Shown here: piece by piece, positions 14,929-23,978 of the stretch
How the letters are laid out: each line of letters opens with the position of its first letter
How positions within the stretch are numbered: position 1 is the stretch's first letter
Assembly: GCA_050124775.1 (NCBI GenBank)
Contig: JASFEP010000002.1
Location: 1 to 45,499, forward strand
From: Candidatus Aminicenantes bacterium
GTDB lineage: Bacteria; Acidobacteriota; Aminicenantia; Aminicenantales; Aminicenantaceae
Reading direction: 5' to 3'
DNA: 45,499 bases
Notes under the pieces: generated by a model
What the model saw: the letters and a program-made list of their open reading frames with translations, nothing else
Databases searched by the model: none
What the model was told of the DNA's origin: nothing
Position numbers and translations under genes: made by a program

Positions 14929-17892
14929 TTAGAAGTCAAACCCAATCCAGAACTTTGTTTGCCATCCTGTCACCACATCCCAATCGAATGGTTTGCTGAA
15001 ATCCCGCCATTGCATTCCCTTGACGAATTCAAGATGCATGGGAAAGCCCAAAAAGAAAGCCTGGAATCCGAATCCGAAGGATCCTATGGCTTCGTATTCA
15101 TAGAGAATGGGAATGTTGTTCTCATCCAGCCCTTCAAACCCATAGAATTTTGCGGGAAACCCTTTCATTCTCGAGCGGCCGATGTCGAAGAAAATAGTGC
15201 CGCGCACAGGACCGAGCAGACCCAGAAGAGTCTGCCACTGATAAACGATGGGGATGCGAAATTCGGCGTTCCCGAACCAGGCTTCTGTTCCTGTTAACGA
15301 ATAATAATACACGGAACGGATCTCGTTGTTACCGCCGAAATAGGTGACATATGGGGTTTTCCCGAAGCTGCCGAACAGCTTGAGCCTGAAGGCAAGAAGA
15401 GCATCCCCCCCGATGTGCAGGTATTTTCGCAGGTCCGCCCGCAGGGTTGTGTTCGAAAGGAAGCTGTCAGAGACCGGAAGCGCTTGCTGAATTGAGAGGG
15501 AAAAGGTGCTGCCGGAGACCGGGCCGAAATATTTGAAGCGGGTGGTTTCTCCGACAAGGGAAAAAGTAAGACCTAACATGTTTCCATTCAGAAAATAACC
15601 ATATTGAGTTCCTCTATAATCGAGGATCTGGTTCATATAAGGATCATAAAAGTCTTCTTCCCAGCGCTGAAAGAACACGGAGGCTTGGGCGCGGTAATAT
15701 CTGTTGAAGGGATAAAATGCGCTGACGGTCGCTCCCGATATATCTCGGGTCGATATGGCATCGGAGTAACTCAAAAAATTATACAGGTATGGGTCGTAGT
15801 AGGTATAAGAAGGATAGTAGAACAAAGTGTAGGAATAGAGGTCCACAGCGTACTGAAGACGGTTCTTCAAATTGTAGAAGGAGAATTGGTAGGAGCGGTA
15901 ACTTCTAACTTGATAGGCAAGGATGGTGAATGTGTAATCTGCGAATAAATCGGAAAATGATATGGCGGTTCCTCCATAGATAGAGCCGTCTGTCGAGATA
16001 ATGGCCTCGACGGGGGGCCGCCCCATGAGATAGAGCTTCCCTATTCCCTTCTGGGGTTCGATTTCGTCCTTGTTCACCTCGAGCGTAAGAATGGGCTCGA
16101 ACTGCTCATAGGTGTCCTCGGGCTCGATCACATCGAACGTCACGGTTTTCTCCACTTCGGGCTCAAGTTCGCTCTTGTAGATCTGGAACGACCCCTTGTT
16201 GAAGGAGGAAAAGACGACCGTGTTTTGTTCGTTCGGAAGGGGTGCGGGAAAGAAGTTGCCCGTACGTACATCCGTATAGCGCTTGAGATCTCCGCTCTCC
16301 AGGGAAACAGAATATATGTTGTAGGCCTCTCTCATGTCTCCGGAGAAAAAGACTTCGGTGGCGTCTTTGGAGAATGAGGGAGTGATGTTGTTTCCGGGGC
16401 CGAACGTCAACTGCGTTTTTTTCTTGAGGTTATCGATGGGCGAAAGAAAGATCTTGTCATATTTATCCAGCCTGATCGTATAGACCGCGTGCTCCCCGTC
16501 CGGTGAAATGGATACGGCTTTTTCGTAGAGCTCATCCTGCGTCAGGTTCTGGATCTCCTCGGTCGCCAAGTCGATCTTGTAAATATCATGGATGCCTGTC
16601 TCGAAACCGATATAGAGAAGGCTATCTCCGGAAGGAAAAAAGGCCGGAGATGTGGGCTGGTCCTGGGGGATAGGGACATCCATGATGGTGTCTCCCGTCA
16701 ATGCATTGACGATGAACAGAGAATGTTTCTGCCCGGCCCGACCGAAAAAGGCGATCCTGTCGCCATCCGGCGACCAGGCAACGAGCTTTCCCTCGGAGGG
16801 ATCGATGCTGTAACGGATGAACTCATACTTGAGGGTGTAACCCTTAGTGATGTTTTTGAGGACCTTTCCGTCTTTGGTGGAGAGAAGGACGATATCGATG
16901 TCTTGATCCTTGACGCTGTATGTCAACACGGCGACGACATCTCCGGACGGAGATAGGGCATGGGAGAAGGCGAAGTAATAGTTGTTCAGTGGAAACTGGG
17001 GGCCCATGGGCAGACTGTAATCTTCAGGATTATCTCTCAGGAGCAGATGTTTATATTTTTTACGCAGGTATTTTTTGAATTCGTGATTGAACTCCTGGGG
17101 CTTCATGTTGAAAGTCTTCTGGATCGGGTCTGATCTTCCGATGAAGGAGGAATTTTTCATGGAGTGCCAGAACTCTCTCACCCCGTTTTTCCCGAATTCC
17201 TCCTCTATGAATTCGTAGATGGCATGTCCGAAATCATAGGCGGGATCGCGAGGCATCGGGTATTGAGAGAAAAGATGCCCGCGCTCTGTCATATCGGGCA
17301 TCCTGTCGTTCAGCACGGTGTCCCTGACGATTAAAGAAGACCAGGATGACCAGTTTCCTGTGTTGTATTCGGAAAATCCTTCCAGGATCCAGAGCGGCGG
17401 TTGAGAAACGGCATAGATCACGCCTCCTGGGCTGCCCCAGAGGAGGTCATACTCGAAGATATGCGTCAATTCATGAGCGATGAGATCCTGCAGTTCATCG
17501 GGAGGCATATCTCCGTGTAGGGCAACCCGGTAAAGCAGCGGCTCTGCCACACCGAGGACGCCTTCTGGGATGTTGTACAGGTTGGTCTGCTGAAAATCGG
17601 TCAGTGTTTTGTAGAAGAGCAGAGGAACGGGGGCGGAAAGCTCATGCTTGATATCACGGCTGATCTTCTGATAAGCGCTCTCCGCGTAGGAAGCGAGGAG
17701 CTTCAGAGTTCGCAAGTCCTTTGTGTAGTAATAGATGTCGAAATGCGCAGTCTCGTATTTATCCCATTGAAAGTTGACATAATTGACTTTGTTCTTTCCG
17801 TAATATGGAAAGTAATAGAATTGGCCAAATCCCATTTGTGCCACAAGCAGGAAAAATGAGACACAGACAAGAATTTTGAGATGTTTTTTCAT
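14929..17892 (-). CDS. Outer-membrane fusion protein: signal peptide, HExxH metallopeptidase-like domain, PD40/TolB-like beta-propeller repeats, C-terminal Omp85 (BamA/TamA-type) barrel
   Basis: 987 aa. Signal peptide MKKHLKILVCVSFFLLVAQMGFGQ. HELTH is encoded at 17461-17475. WSPDGDRIAF and ISPDGEHAVY are PD40-type repeats. FGGNNEIRSVYY...GNAEFRIPI (15304-15339 onward) matches the Omp85 loop-6 pattern GG..(I/V)RG(Y/F) with RS in place of RG. Terminal residues are WIGFDF. Confidence 0.8.
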   Translation of the reverse strand: MKKHLKILVCVSFFLLVAQMGFGQFYYFPYYGKNKVNYVNFQWDKYETAHFDIYYYTKDLRTLKLLASYAESAYQKISRDIKHELSAPVPLLFYKTLTDFQQTNLYNIPEGVLGVAEPLLYRVALHGDMPPDELQDLIAHELTHIFEYDLLWGSPGGVIYAVSQPPLWILEGFSEYNTGNWSSWSSLIVRDTVLNDRMPDMTERGHLFSQYPMPRDPAYDFGHAIYEFIEEEFGKNGVREFWHSMKNSSFIGRSDPIQKTFNMKPQEFNHEFKKYLRKKYKHLLLRDNPEDYSLPMGPQFPLNNYYFAFSHALSPSGDVVAVLTYSVKDQDIDIVLLSTKDGKVLKNITKGYTLKYEFIRYSIDPSEGKLVAWSPDGDRIAFFGRAGQKHSLFIVNALTGDTIMDVPIPQDQPTSPAFFPSGDSLLYIGFETGIHDIYKIDLATEEIQNLTQDELYEKAVSISPDGEHAVYTIRLDKYDKIFLSPIDNLKKKTQLTFGPGNNITPSFSKDATEVFFSGDMREAYNIYSVSLESGDLKRYTDVRTGNFFPAPLPNEQNTVVFSSFNKGSFQIYKSELEPEVEKTVTFDVIEPEDTYEQFEPILTLEVNKDEIEPQKGIGKLYLMGRPPVEAIISTDGSIYGGTAISFSDLFADYTFTILAYQVRSYRSYQFSFYNLKNRLQYAVDLYSYTLFYYPSYTYYDPYLYNFLSYSDAISTRDISGATVSAFYPFNRYYRAQASVFFQRWEEDFYDPYMNQILDYRGTQYGYFLNGNMLGLTFSLVGETTRFKYFGPVSGSTFSLSIQQALPVSDSFLSNTTLRADLRKYLHIGGDALLAFRLKLFGSFGKTPYVTYFGGNNEIRSVYYYSLTGTEAWFGNAEFRIPIVYQWQTLLGLLGPVRGTIFFDIGRSRMKGFPAKFYGFEGLDENNIPILYEYEAIGSFGFGFQAFFLGFPMHLEFVKGMQWRDFSKPFDWDVVTGWQTKFWIGFDF

Positions 17893-17904
17893 CGGGACTC
17901 CTAA

Positions 17905-18573
17905 TTACTTATTGATGAGATATCTCTCTTGGAGGAGCGATTCTCCCAGAAACGCCTGGAACAGTTTATCCTTGACCGATTGAATGAGGTCAAAATAAGC
18001 GAAGTAAGCCGTCTGATTCGGATTCTGATAGTTCCGCGTTTCTTTAAAGTTTTTCTGGTAAAGGGTCTTCCCGGTTTTCGAATCGATCAGATAAAGATTG
18101 AAAAAAAGTGTAAAAAACTTTCGCTCTTCGAGGGATGTTTTATCGGGAAAGGGGTCTTCGAATTGACGCCTTTCTCTGTCCACGAGGGCCTTCCTGACTT
18201 CCGATCTGTAGTCGATCGTTCCAGTGAAAACGATGGCGTCTTCATGTCCGGTCGGGAGATCGGTCCAAAAATCCTCTTGCTCGAAAGTCTCGACGCTCGG
18301 AGGCGCAACTTCCGCTCTCGAAACGGGGATCTGGATGTTCTTTCCGAATTCGAAGGAAAAATATTCGGTGGTCTCTTTGTTAAGGTCAAAATCCGTTCTA
18401 TCCTTCAACACGAGAAAATCCGTGACGACCATTTCTTCGAAGCGTTCCAGTTCGAAGGAAACAGGCCTTGGCATTTCCACCCGAACCCGCCAGTATTGCC
18501 CCCCGCCTGAACAGGAATACAGCACAAGCACGGGAAGCAACCAAACCCATTTATTGTTTTTTAGGAATCTCAT
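17905..18573 (-). CDS. Lipoprotein of unknown function
   Basis: Start placed at ATG 18573 (MRFLKNNKWVWLLPVLVLYSCSGG, lipobox LYSC). ATG 18588 is an alternative. Overlaps the upstream TPR gene by 23 nt and ends 13 nt before the Omp85-fusion gene. I recognise no family. Confidence 0.6.
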   Translation of the reverse strand: MRFLKNNKWVWLLPVLVLYSCSGGGQYWRVRVEMPRPVSFELERFEEMVVTDFLVLKDRTDFDLNKETTEYFSFEFGKNIQIPVSRAEVAPPSVETFEQEDFWTDLPTGHEDAIVFTGTIDYRSEVRKALVDRERRQFEDPFPDKTSLEERKFFTLFFNLYLIDSKTGKTLYQKNFKETRNYQNPNQTAYFAYFDLIQSVKDKLFQAFLGESLLQERYLINK

Positions 18574-18913
18574 CTTTTCTAGCCTCATAACGCTTAATAA
18601 ACTGTTGATAATTGGCGTTGATATGTTTGTCGTCTGGCCGGATCTTAAGTGCCTGCTCGTACTCTTTTTTAGCCTCTTCCCATAGTGATTTTTTTTCGTA
18701 AGCCACGGCCAGATTGTTGTGCGCTGAAGCGGAGTCGGGATCGGTTTGTAAAACTTTTTTCCATCGGAAAATGGCTTCATCCCACAAGTCCAACTTTGCG
18801 GCTTCAACACCAAAACGCATTTGATCGGCGGGGACAGAAGAGGCACACTGGATGAACGACAAAACGATAGGGAGTAGGGCGAGCGCCCCGATAATATATT
18901 TAATCTTCATCAT
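18551..18913 (-). CDS. Small TPR-repeat lipoprotein
   Basis: Start at ATG 18913 (MMKIKYIIGALALLPIVLSFIQCA, lipobox). TPR-like AHNNLAVAYEKKSLWEEAKKEYEQALKIRPDD. The longer track ORF to 19036 has no signal-peptide logic. Confidence 0.78.
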   Translation of the reverse strand: MMKIKYIIGALALLPIVLSFIQCASSVPADQMRFGVEAAKLDLWDEAIFRWKKVLQTDPDSASAHNNLAVAYEKKSLWEEAKKEYEQALKIRPDDKHINANYQQFIKRYEARKDEIPKKQ

Positions 18914-19317
18914 AAAACCTCTGAATCTACAGTACTGTTTTTTGATTATTTCGTCAAGCACGCCGAAAGTGCTGCAATATTTGTACCAAAACTTTCTGAG
19001 AACAAGCCAAGAACGGCCTGTAGGGAGTGTTATCAAATGGGGACACCTGTATCCTGGGGGGATGCCTGTTCCGGAAGACTTAGAGACTATTGAAGTGCGA
19101 TACGCAGCGCCCCGAGCATGACAATCGTCGATTTCGAAAACTCATTTTGAAGGGACTGTTCCCCAAACGGTCCGCACGGTTGAAAGGCCCCTTCATAGAT
19201 GTGCCATGGCCGCACAGCCCCACTCACCGTTTTCTCCACCATACAATCGGGTCACTTTTAAAGATGAGAATTCATGTCATCACGGCTCTAAGGAGAATAA
19301 TTCTTGAAAAGATGCAT

Positions 19318-19346
19318 TTGGAATTTCTGTGGTTTTATGGTATAAA
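19318..19346 (+). promoter_or_regulatory. Candidate rpmB promoter (extended -10)
   Basis: TTGGAA (19318-19323), 17-nt spacer, TGG-TATAAA (-10 at 19341-19346), 26 nt upstream of the rpmB ATG. Confidence 0.4.
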
Positions 19347-19371
19347 CGTATTTTTTAAGAGAGAGAAAAAA

Positions 19372-19563
19372 ATGCCAAAAGTATGCCATATTTGTGGTAA
19401 AGAACCGAGCTTCGGTCAGTCGGTCAGCCATTCACATAAGGCGTCCAAAAAAAAACGGAAGCCCAATCTGCAGCACGTCAAGGCCCAGACCCAATCCGGC
19501 CCGAAGAAAATCTGGGTCTGCACGCGATGTCTCCGTTCGGGCAAAGTGGCAAAGGTCCTCTAG
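19372..19563 (+). CDS. rpmB: 50S ribosomal protein L28 (Cys-containing zinc-ribbon form)
   Basis: MPKVCHICGKEPSFGQSVSHSHKASKKKRKPNLQ...VCTRCLRSGKV, 63 aa. The track ORF from 19090 is an upstream in-frame read-through with no support. Confidence 0.9.
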   Translation: MPKVCHICGKEPSFGQSVSHSHKASKKKRKPNLQHVKAQTQSGPKKIWVCTRCLRSGKVAKVL

Positions 19564-19566
19564 ACT

Positions 19567-21720
19567 TCAGATTCTTTCCACCGAAAAGATTTCTTTGATT
19601 TCAGAGATTTTCTCTACGATTTTTTCGAGATGAGCTATATCACTGATATTCATCGTGAGTTTGATCTGGCCCTTTTTGTCCGGGAAAGTGACAACCTCGG
19701 CTTTTGTGATATTCCCCTTTTGCTGTGCGATCACTGCCGTGAGTTTTGCCAAGACCCCGGGCGAGTCCTCTCCCTTGATCAGTAGTTTTCCTGAATAAAT
19801 CCCTTTGATGGTTTTGTCCCAGGCTGCCTCAACCATTCGTTGTGGATCGAGAATCTCTTTCGTGACAAGAGGACACCTGAGGGAATGGACCGTTATCCCT
19901 TTTCCGGAAGTCATGTATCCGGTGACAGGCTCTCCCTTTATGGGATTGCAGCATTTGGCGAGTTTTATCGAAGCCGCCTTTTTTTCCCCGACGAGAATCG
20001 CCGTCTCAGGCTTCTTCCTGACTTTGGTGACGACTCTTCCGAGCAGAGACCCCTTTTTTGCGGCCAGCTCGATTTCTGGGAAGATCTTTTCCATCAGTCG
20101 TTTGTTGAAGACGATTTTTCCAGATCCCAAAAGTGCGTAGAAATCATCCATTTTCCTCATTTTGAAGGGGATGGCCTGGGAGATGCGCGTCAGCATTTCA
20201 GAGGCTTTTCTCACTCCTGTGGGCCGCGCGTATTTTTCCAGGGCTCTGTCCCACATCTTTTTTCCATGCCGGACGTTTTTGATGCGCTCCTGTTGATTGA
20301 GCCAGCGCTTGATATGATACCGGGCCTTTGATGTATAGGCTGCGTTCAGCCAGTCTCTGCTAGGGTTTGCATCCGGGTTTTCCAGGATCTCTACGATGTC
20401 CCCGGGCTTGAGGACGGTTTTTAAAGGCACTTGTTTTGCGTTGATTTTGGCTCCGCGGGCATGAAGGCCCAGCTCAGAGTGAATACGGAAGGCAAAGTCG
20501 ATCGCAGTTGCGCCGAGTGGGAGAGTTATGACAGTCCCTTGGGGAGTGAACACGTAGACTTCTTCGGGGATGAGGTCCGTTTTCAGGCTCTTTAAAAACT
20601 CCCTGGGGCTTTTTTGTTCCTTGTAAAGCTCTGCGACCTCCCGAAGCCAGATCAACCTTTTGTCCTCCCTCATTATCGCCTTTGGGTCGGTTTCTTTGTA
20701 TCGCCAGTGAGCTGAGATGCCGTTTTCCGCGAGGGTGTGCATATCCTGGGTGCGAAACTGGATCTCTATGGTCTGTTTTTTTTCCGTAATGATCGTCGTG
20801 TGCAGGGCCTGGTACAGGTTCGGTTTAGGCATGGCGATGTAATCTCTGAATCTGTGAGGAATATGCGGCCAGTTCTGATGCACGATGCCGAGAGCTGCAT
20901 AACAATTCTTTGCCGTGTCGGTTATCAGTCTCAATGCCATAAAATCAAAGACCTGATCGAAGGGAATGTCCCGCCGGTCCATCTTATTGAAAATGCTGTA
21001 GGGTCGCTTGATCCTGCTGAATATCTCCGCGGGAATTTGATGATCTTCCATCAGCTGCCCGAGAGCCCTTCGGATAATTTTGAGCTCTTTTTCCGCTTTT
21101 TTCTTCAGAGGATCTATGAGAGAGGCGATCTTGAAGTAATTCTCAGGGTCGACGTAACGGAAGGAAAGGTCTTCCAGCTCGGCCTTTATCCTCCCCATGC
21201 CCAATCTGTTAGCGATGGGCGCGTAGATCTCCAGCGTTTCCCGTGCGATTTGTTTTTGTTTACTCTCCGGCAAAAACTTGAGCGTTTTCAAATTGTGGAT
21301 CCTGTCGGCAAGCTTGATGAAGATCACTCGTACATCGTCCGTCATAGCAAGGATGATCTTGCGAATGCTTTCAGCCTTACGGGTCTCTGGAGAGGATACT
21401 TCGACCAGGCTGATTTTGGTTATGCCCTTGATCAAATGGGCGGCTTCCTTACCGAAGGTCTTTTCTATCTCCGGGGCGGTGGCCTCTGTATCCTCGAGGA
21501 CGTCGTGCAGGATTCCCGCGACAAGAGTTGTGGCATCCATCTTCATATCGGCCAGCATGATGGCGACCTCCAGCGGATGGCTGAGATAGGGCTCTCCGGA
21601 CCTGCGGATCTGGCCCTTGTGTGCTCGGGCCGCGAATACATATGCTTTTTTGAGAAGAGTGATTTCCTGTTCTGTAAAGGACGAGGACACCTTCTCTAGG
21701 ATGTCGTTAAAACGGATCAT
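19567..21720 (-). CDS. relA: Bifunctional (p)ppGpp synthetase/hydrolase (RelA/SpoT homologue)
   Basis: 717 aa. HD hydrolase motif (HPLEVA...HDVLEDT), a RelA_SpoT synthetase core, and TGS and ACT-like C-terminal domains. Confidence 0.97.
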   Translation of the reverse strand: MIRFNDILEKVSSSFTEQEITLLKKAYVFAARAHKGQIRRSGEPYLSHPLEVAIMLADMKMDATTLVAGILHDVLEDTEATAPEIEKTFGKEAAHLIKGITKISLVEVSSPETRKAESIRKIILAMTDDVRVIFIKLADRIHNLKTLKFLPESKQKQIARETLEIYAPIANRLGMGRIKAELEDLSFRYVDPENYFKIASLIDPLKKKAEKELKIIRRALGQLMEDHQIPAEIFSRIKRPYSIFNKMDRRDIPFDQVFDFMALRLITDTAKNCYAALGIVHQNWPHIPHRFRDYIAMPKPNLYQALHTTIITEKKQTIEIQFRTQDMHTLAENGISAHWRYKETDPKAIMREDKRLIWLREVAELYKEQKSPREFLKSLKTDLIPEEVYVFTPQGTVITLPLGATAIDFAFRIHSELGLHARGAKINAKQVPLKTVLKPGDIVEILENPDANPSRDWLNAAYTSKARYHIKRWLNQQERIKNVRHGKKMWDRALEKYARPTGVRKASEMLTRISQAIPFKMRKMDDFYALLGSGKIVFNKRLMEKIFPEIELAAKKGSLLGRVVTKVRKKPETAILVGEKKAASIKLAKCCNPIKGEPVTGYMTSGKGITVHSLRCPLVTKEILDPQRMVEAAWDKTIKGIYSGKLLIKGEDSPGVLAKLTAVIAQQKGNITKAEVVTFPDKKGQIKLTMNISDIAHLEKIVEKISEIKEIFSVERI

Positions 21721-21734
21721 TTATTCTATCAACT

Positions 21735-22316
21735 TTAAACGGTTTTCTGTTCTCTTTCGATGATCCAATCGACAGCATCGAGCAGATCTCTGGCCACGTA
21801 GGCAGGCTGCAAGCCTTTTTCCGAGAGCGTTCGGAGGGACTTCTGTCCATGACCCGTGAGGAGAAGGATTGGGGTGGCTTCGAAGTTGAGCCCGAACTCG
21901 ATATCCTCTGTTTTATCGCCGACCATGTAGGAACCCTTGAGATGGATGTTGAGATCTTCTGCTGCACACAGGGCCATTCCCGGATTCGGTTTTCGGCAAG
22001 AGCAGTCTTTTCGATAGATAGGATTCATGGAATTGATGTAATGAGGACAGTAGTAGAATGCGTCTAGCCTGGCATCTTTCCGGCCAAAAAGATCGCGCAT
22101 TTTATTGTGGATATCCCTTAACGTTTCCTCTTCGATAAGACCTCGGCCTATCCCGGATTGATTTGTCACGACGACAGCGAGCAAATCGGCGTTGTTTATT
22201 TTCCGGACGGCTTCGTAGCTGTAAGAGTAAATCTCTATGGCTTCGAAAGAATTGGGGTATCCGACATCTTTGTTCAGCGTCCCGTCTCTGTCGAGAAAAA
22301 CAGCCTTTCGTTTCAT
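21735..22316 (-). CDS. gmhB: D-glycero-D-manno-heptose 1,7-bisphosphate phosphatase (HAD-IIIA)
   Basis: Start at ATG 22316 (MKRKAVFLDRDGTLN). CSCRKPNPGM and GDKTEDIE motifs. ATGA overlap with the waaF stop. Confidence 0.87.
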   Translation of the reverse strand: MKRKAVFLDRDGTLNKDVGYPNSFEAIEIYSYSYEAVRKINNADLLAVVVTNQSGIGRGLIEEETLRDIHNKMRDLFGRKDARLDAFYYCPHYINSMNPIYRKDCSCRKPNPGMALCAAEDLNIHLKGSYMVGDKTEDIEFGLNFEATPILLLTGHGQKSLRTLSEKGLQPAYVARDLLDAVDWIIEREQKTV

Positions 22317-23317
22317 GTCAGGAAATCTTGACACTCCTCGATCACCCTTTCGGGAGATATTTGAGTCATGCATTGGTGCTCGAACGGACATTCTCTGTAG
22401 GAGCAAGGCCAACATGGCACCTGTCCTTTGAGCACCTTCGAGGGGCTTTGGTAGGGGCCTGTGATCCTGGGGTCTGTAGGCCCAAAGATCGCCACCACAG
22501 GGACTTTGAGTGCATTGGCTAAGTGCATAGGGCCAGAGTCATTGGTTATAAAGAGATCCGAGAGGCTGATCGATCCGGCCAGCTGGGGAAGCGTCGTTTT
22601 CCCAGTAAGGTCGATGGGTTTTTTTGACATGGGGGCAATGATGGCCGCGGCGATCTCATGATCCGTTGCGGAGCCGATGATGAGAATCTCTGCATCGTGC
22701 TTTCGTTGCAGTTCGGTGGCGAGACGAGAGAAAAAGGACGCAGGCCAGCGTTTGGCAGGGCCGTAAGACGCTCCGGGGCCGAGGATGATGACGGGTTTGT
22801 TCCTGTCTAAGGAGAGCGATCGAAAGAGGCCTTCCGCTCGAACCCGCGTATCATTGCTCAAGGGGAAATCCAACTGTGGACGCTCTGTCTCCAATCCCAA
22901 TCCAGAGATAAGGGATAGATAGTATTGGATGTGATGCTTGGGGGATTCTAAGGCAGAAATCCCTACTCGTTTGGTCAGGAGGAGATGACGCCCATCCCTT
23001 GCATATCCCCATCGTTCAGGAATTTTCGCAAGGGAGAACAGAAGGGCCGAACCAAAGGAATTCGTGAAGAGTATGCCGATATCAAAGGACTGTTTCTTCA
23101 ATTCGTGCGCATCTGACCGGATGTTTTTGTAACCATTTCTATCGGAGAGGGGGATTGTGCCCTCGACAAAATCCAGGGAGAGAAAAATCTCCTTTGTCCA
23201 CTCCGGGGCGGCGACCCAGATTTCAGCATCGGGGAAGCTTTTCTGTACAGAGGCCAACGCCGGCAGCGAGAGGATGGCATCGCCGATCCAGTTTGGCGCA
23301 CGAATCACGATTTTCAT
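22313..23317 (-). CDS. waaF: Glycosyltransferase family 9 (ADP-heptose:LPS heptosyltransferase, WaaF-like)
   Basis: Start at ATG 23317 (MKIVIRAPNWIGDAILSLPAL, the canonical GT9 N-terminus). C-terminal ITNDSGPMHLANAL and a CxxC...C tail. The 62-codon in-frame extension to 23503 is not GT9-like. Confidence 0.85.
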   Translation of the reverse strand: MKIVIRAPNWIGDAILSLPALASVQKSFPDAEIWVAAPEWTKEIFLSLDFVEGTIPLSDRNGYKNIRSDAHELKKQSFDIGILFTNSFGSALLFSLAKIPERWGYARDGRHLLLTKRVGISALESPKHHIQYYLSLISGLGLETERPQLDFPLSNDTRVRAEGLFRSLSLDRNKPVIILGPGASYGPAKRWPASFFSRLATELQRKHDAEILIIGSATDHEIAAAIIAPMSKKPIDLTGKTTLPQLAGSISLSDLFITNDSGPMHLANALKVPVVAIFGPTDPRITGPYQSPSKVLKGQVPCWPCSYRECPFEHQCMTQISPERVIEECQDFLT

Positions 23318-23638
23318 CTCATCAATTGTATTCGCTTCATCCGCTCTTGTCAAAAGACTCCCTATGGCAACAAACATCCCCGCGGCCGTAATGATATATA
23401 TATTCCCGTCACGTTGATGCTCGTCCCCGTCGTATGACGGAAAAGATCGTGAGCAGACATCCAATCGGTAAACTTTTTTTCGGGGGGCCGACACCCCGTG
23501 CATGACGTTCGAGAAGCGATTCCTCCAGGATGTCTCTTAGGGAATCAGTGAAGACAACACACGGAACGCCGTTAATCATGGATTCAAGAGTTCCAAGAAA
23601 TGCTGGGATTTGGCCCCAACGCTTGGGGTTGTCCAGGA

Positions 23639-23932
23639 TTATTTAGATGTAGGAGAGGATGCTTTTTCCTCTTTTTCGGGAGGAGTCGCCTCAGATTTTT
23701 TTGTCTCTTTTTTCTCCGTATCCTGAGGTTTATGTTTGTTCTCGGCGGTTTGTTTGTTGGCGTAATCCGTGATGTACCAGCCACTGCCTTTGAATTGGAT
23801 GGAAGGGGCCGAGATGATCTTCTTAACAGCCCCACCGCATTGGATGCATGCCTTCAGCGGAGGATCCGTGGCCTTTTGCATAACTTCGAACACGGTGTTG
23901 CATTTCGAACATTTGTATTCGTACAACGGCAT
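23639..23932 (-). CDS. FmdB-family zinc-ribbon protein with a K/E-rich tail
   Basis: [17 protein letters not shown]...CIQCGG is the CxxC-CxxC FmdB signature. 97 aa. Confidence 0.85.
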   Translation of the reverse strand: MPLYEYKCSKCNTVFEVMQKATDPPLKACIQCGGAVKKIISAPSIQFKGSGWYITDYANKQTAENKHKPQDTEKKETKKSEATPPEKEEKASSPTSK

Positions 23933-23978
23933 TTTTATCTCTCGTGTGGAAATGGCATATTATATCAGAGTTCCGGTA

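Noticed and set aside
19037-19317. 280-nt GC-normal spacer upstream of rpmB, checked for SRP RNA, 6S RNA, tmRNA and small ORFs
   Set aside because: I could find no conserved SRP domain IV, tmRNA end or other RNA signature by eye. The only ORFs are shorter than 40 codons and lack an SD. It is probably just divergent promoter space, but an Infernal scan would settle it.
20737-21699. 320-aa + ORF
   Set aside because: It is antisense to the RelA/SpoT gene, whose HD and synthetase motifs are clear. I recognise no domain in it and it has no ribosome-binding site.
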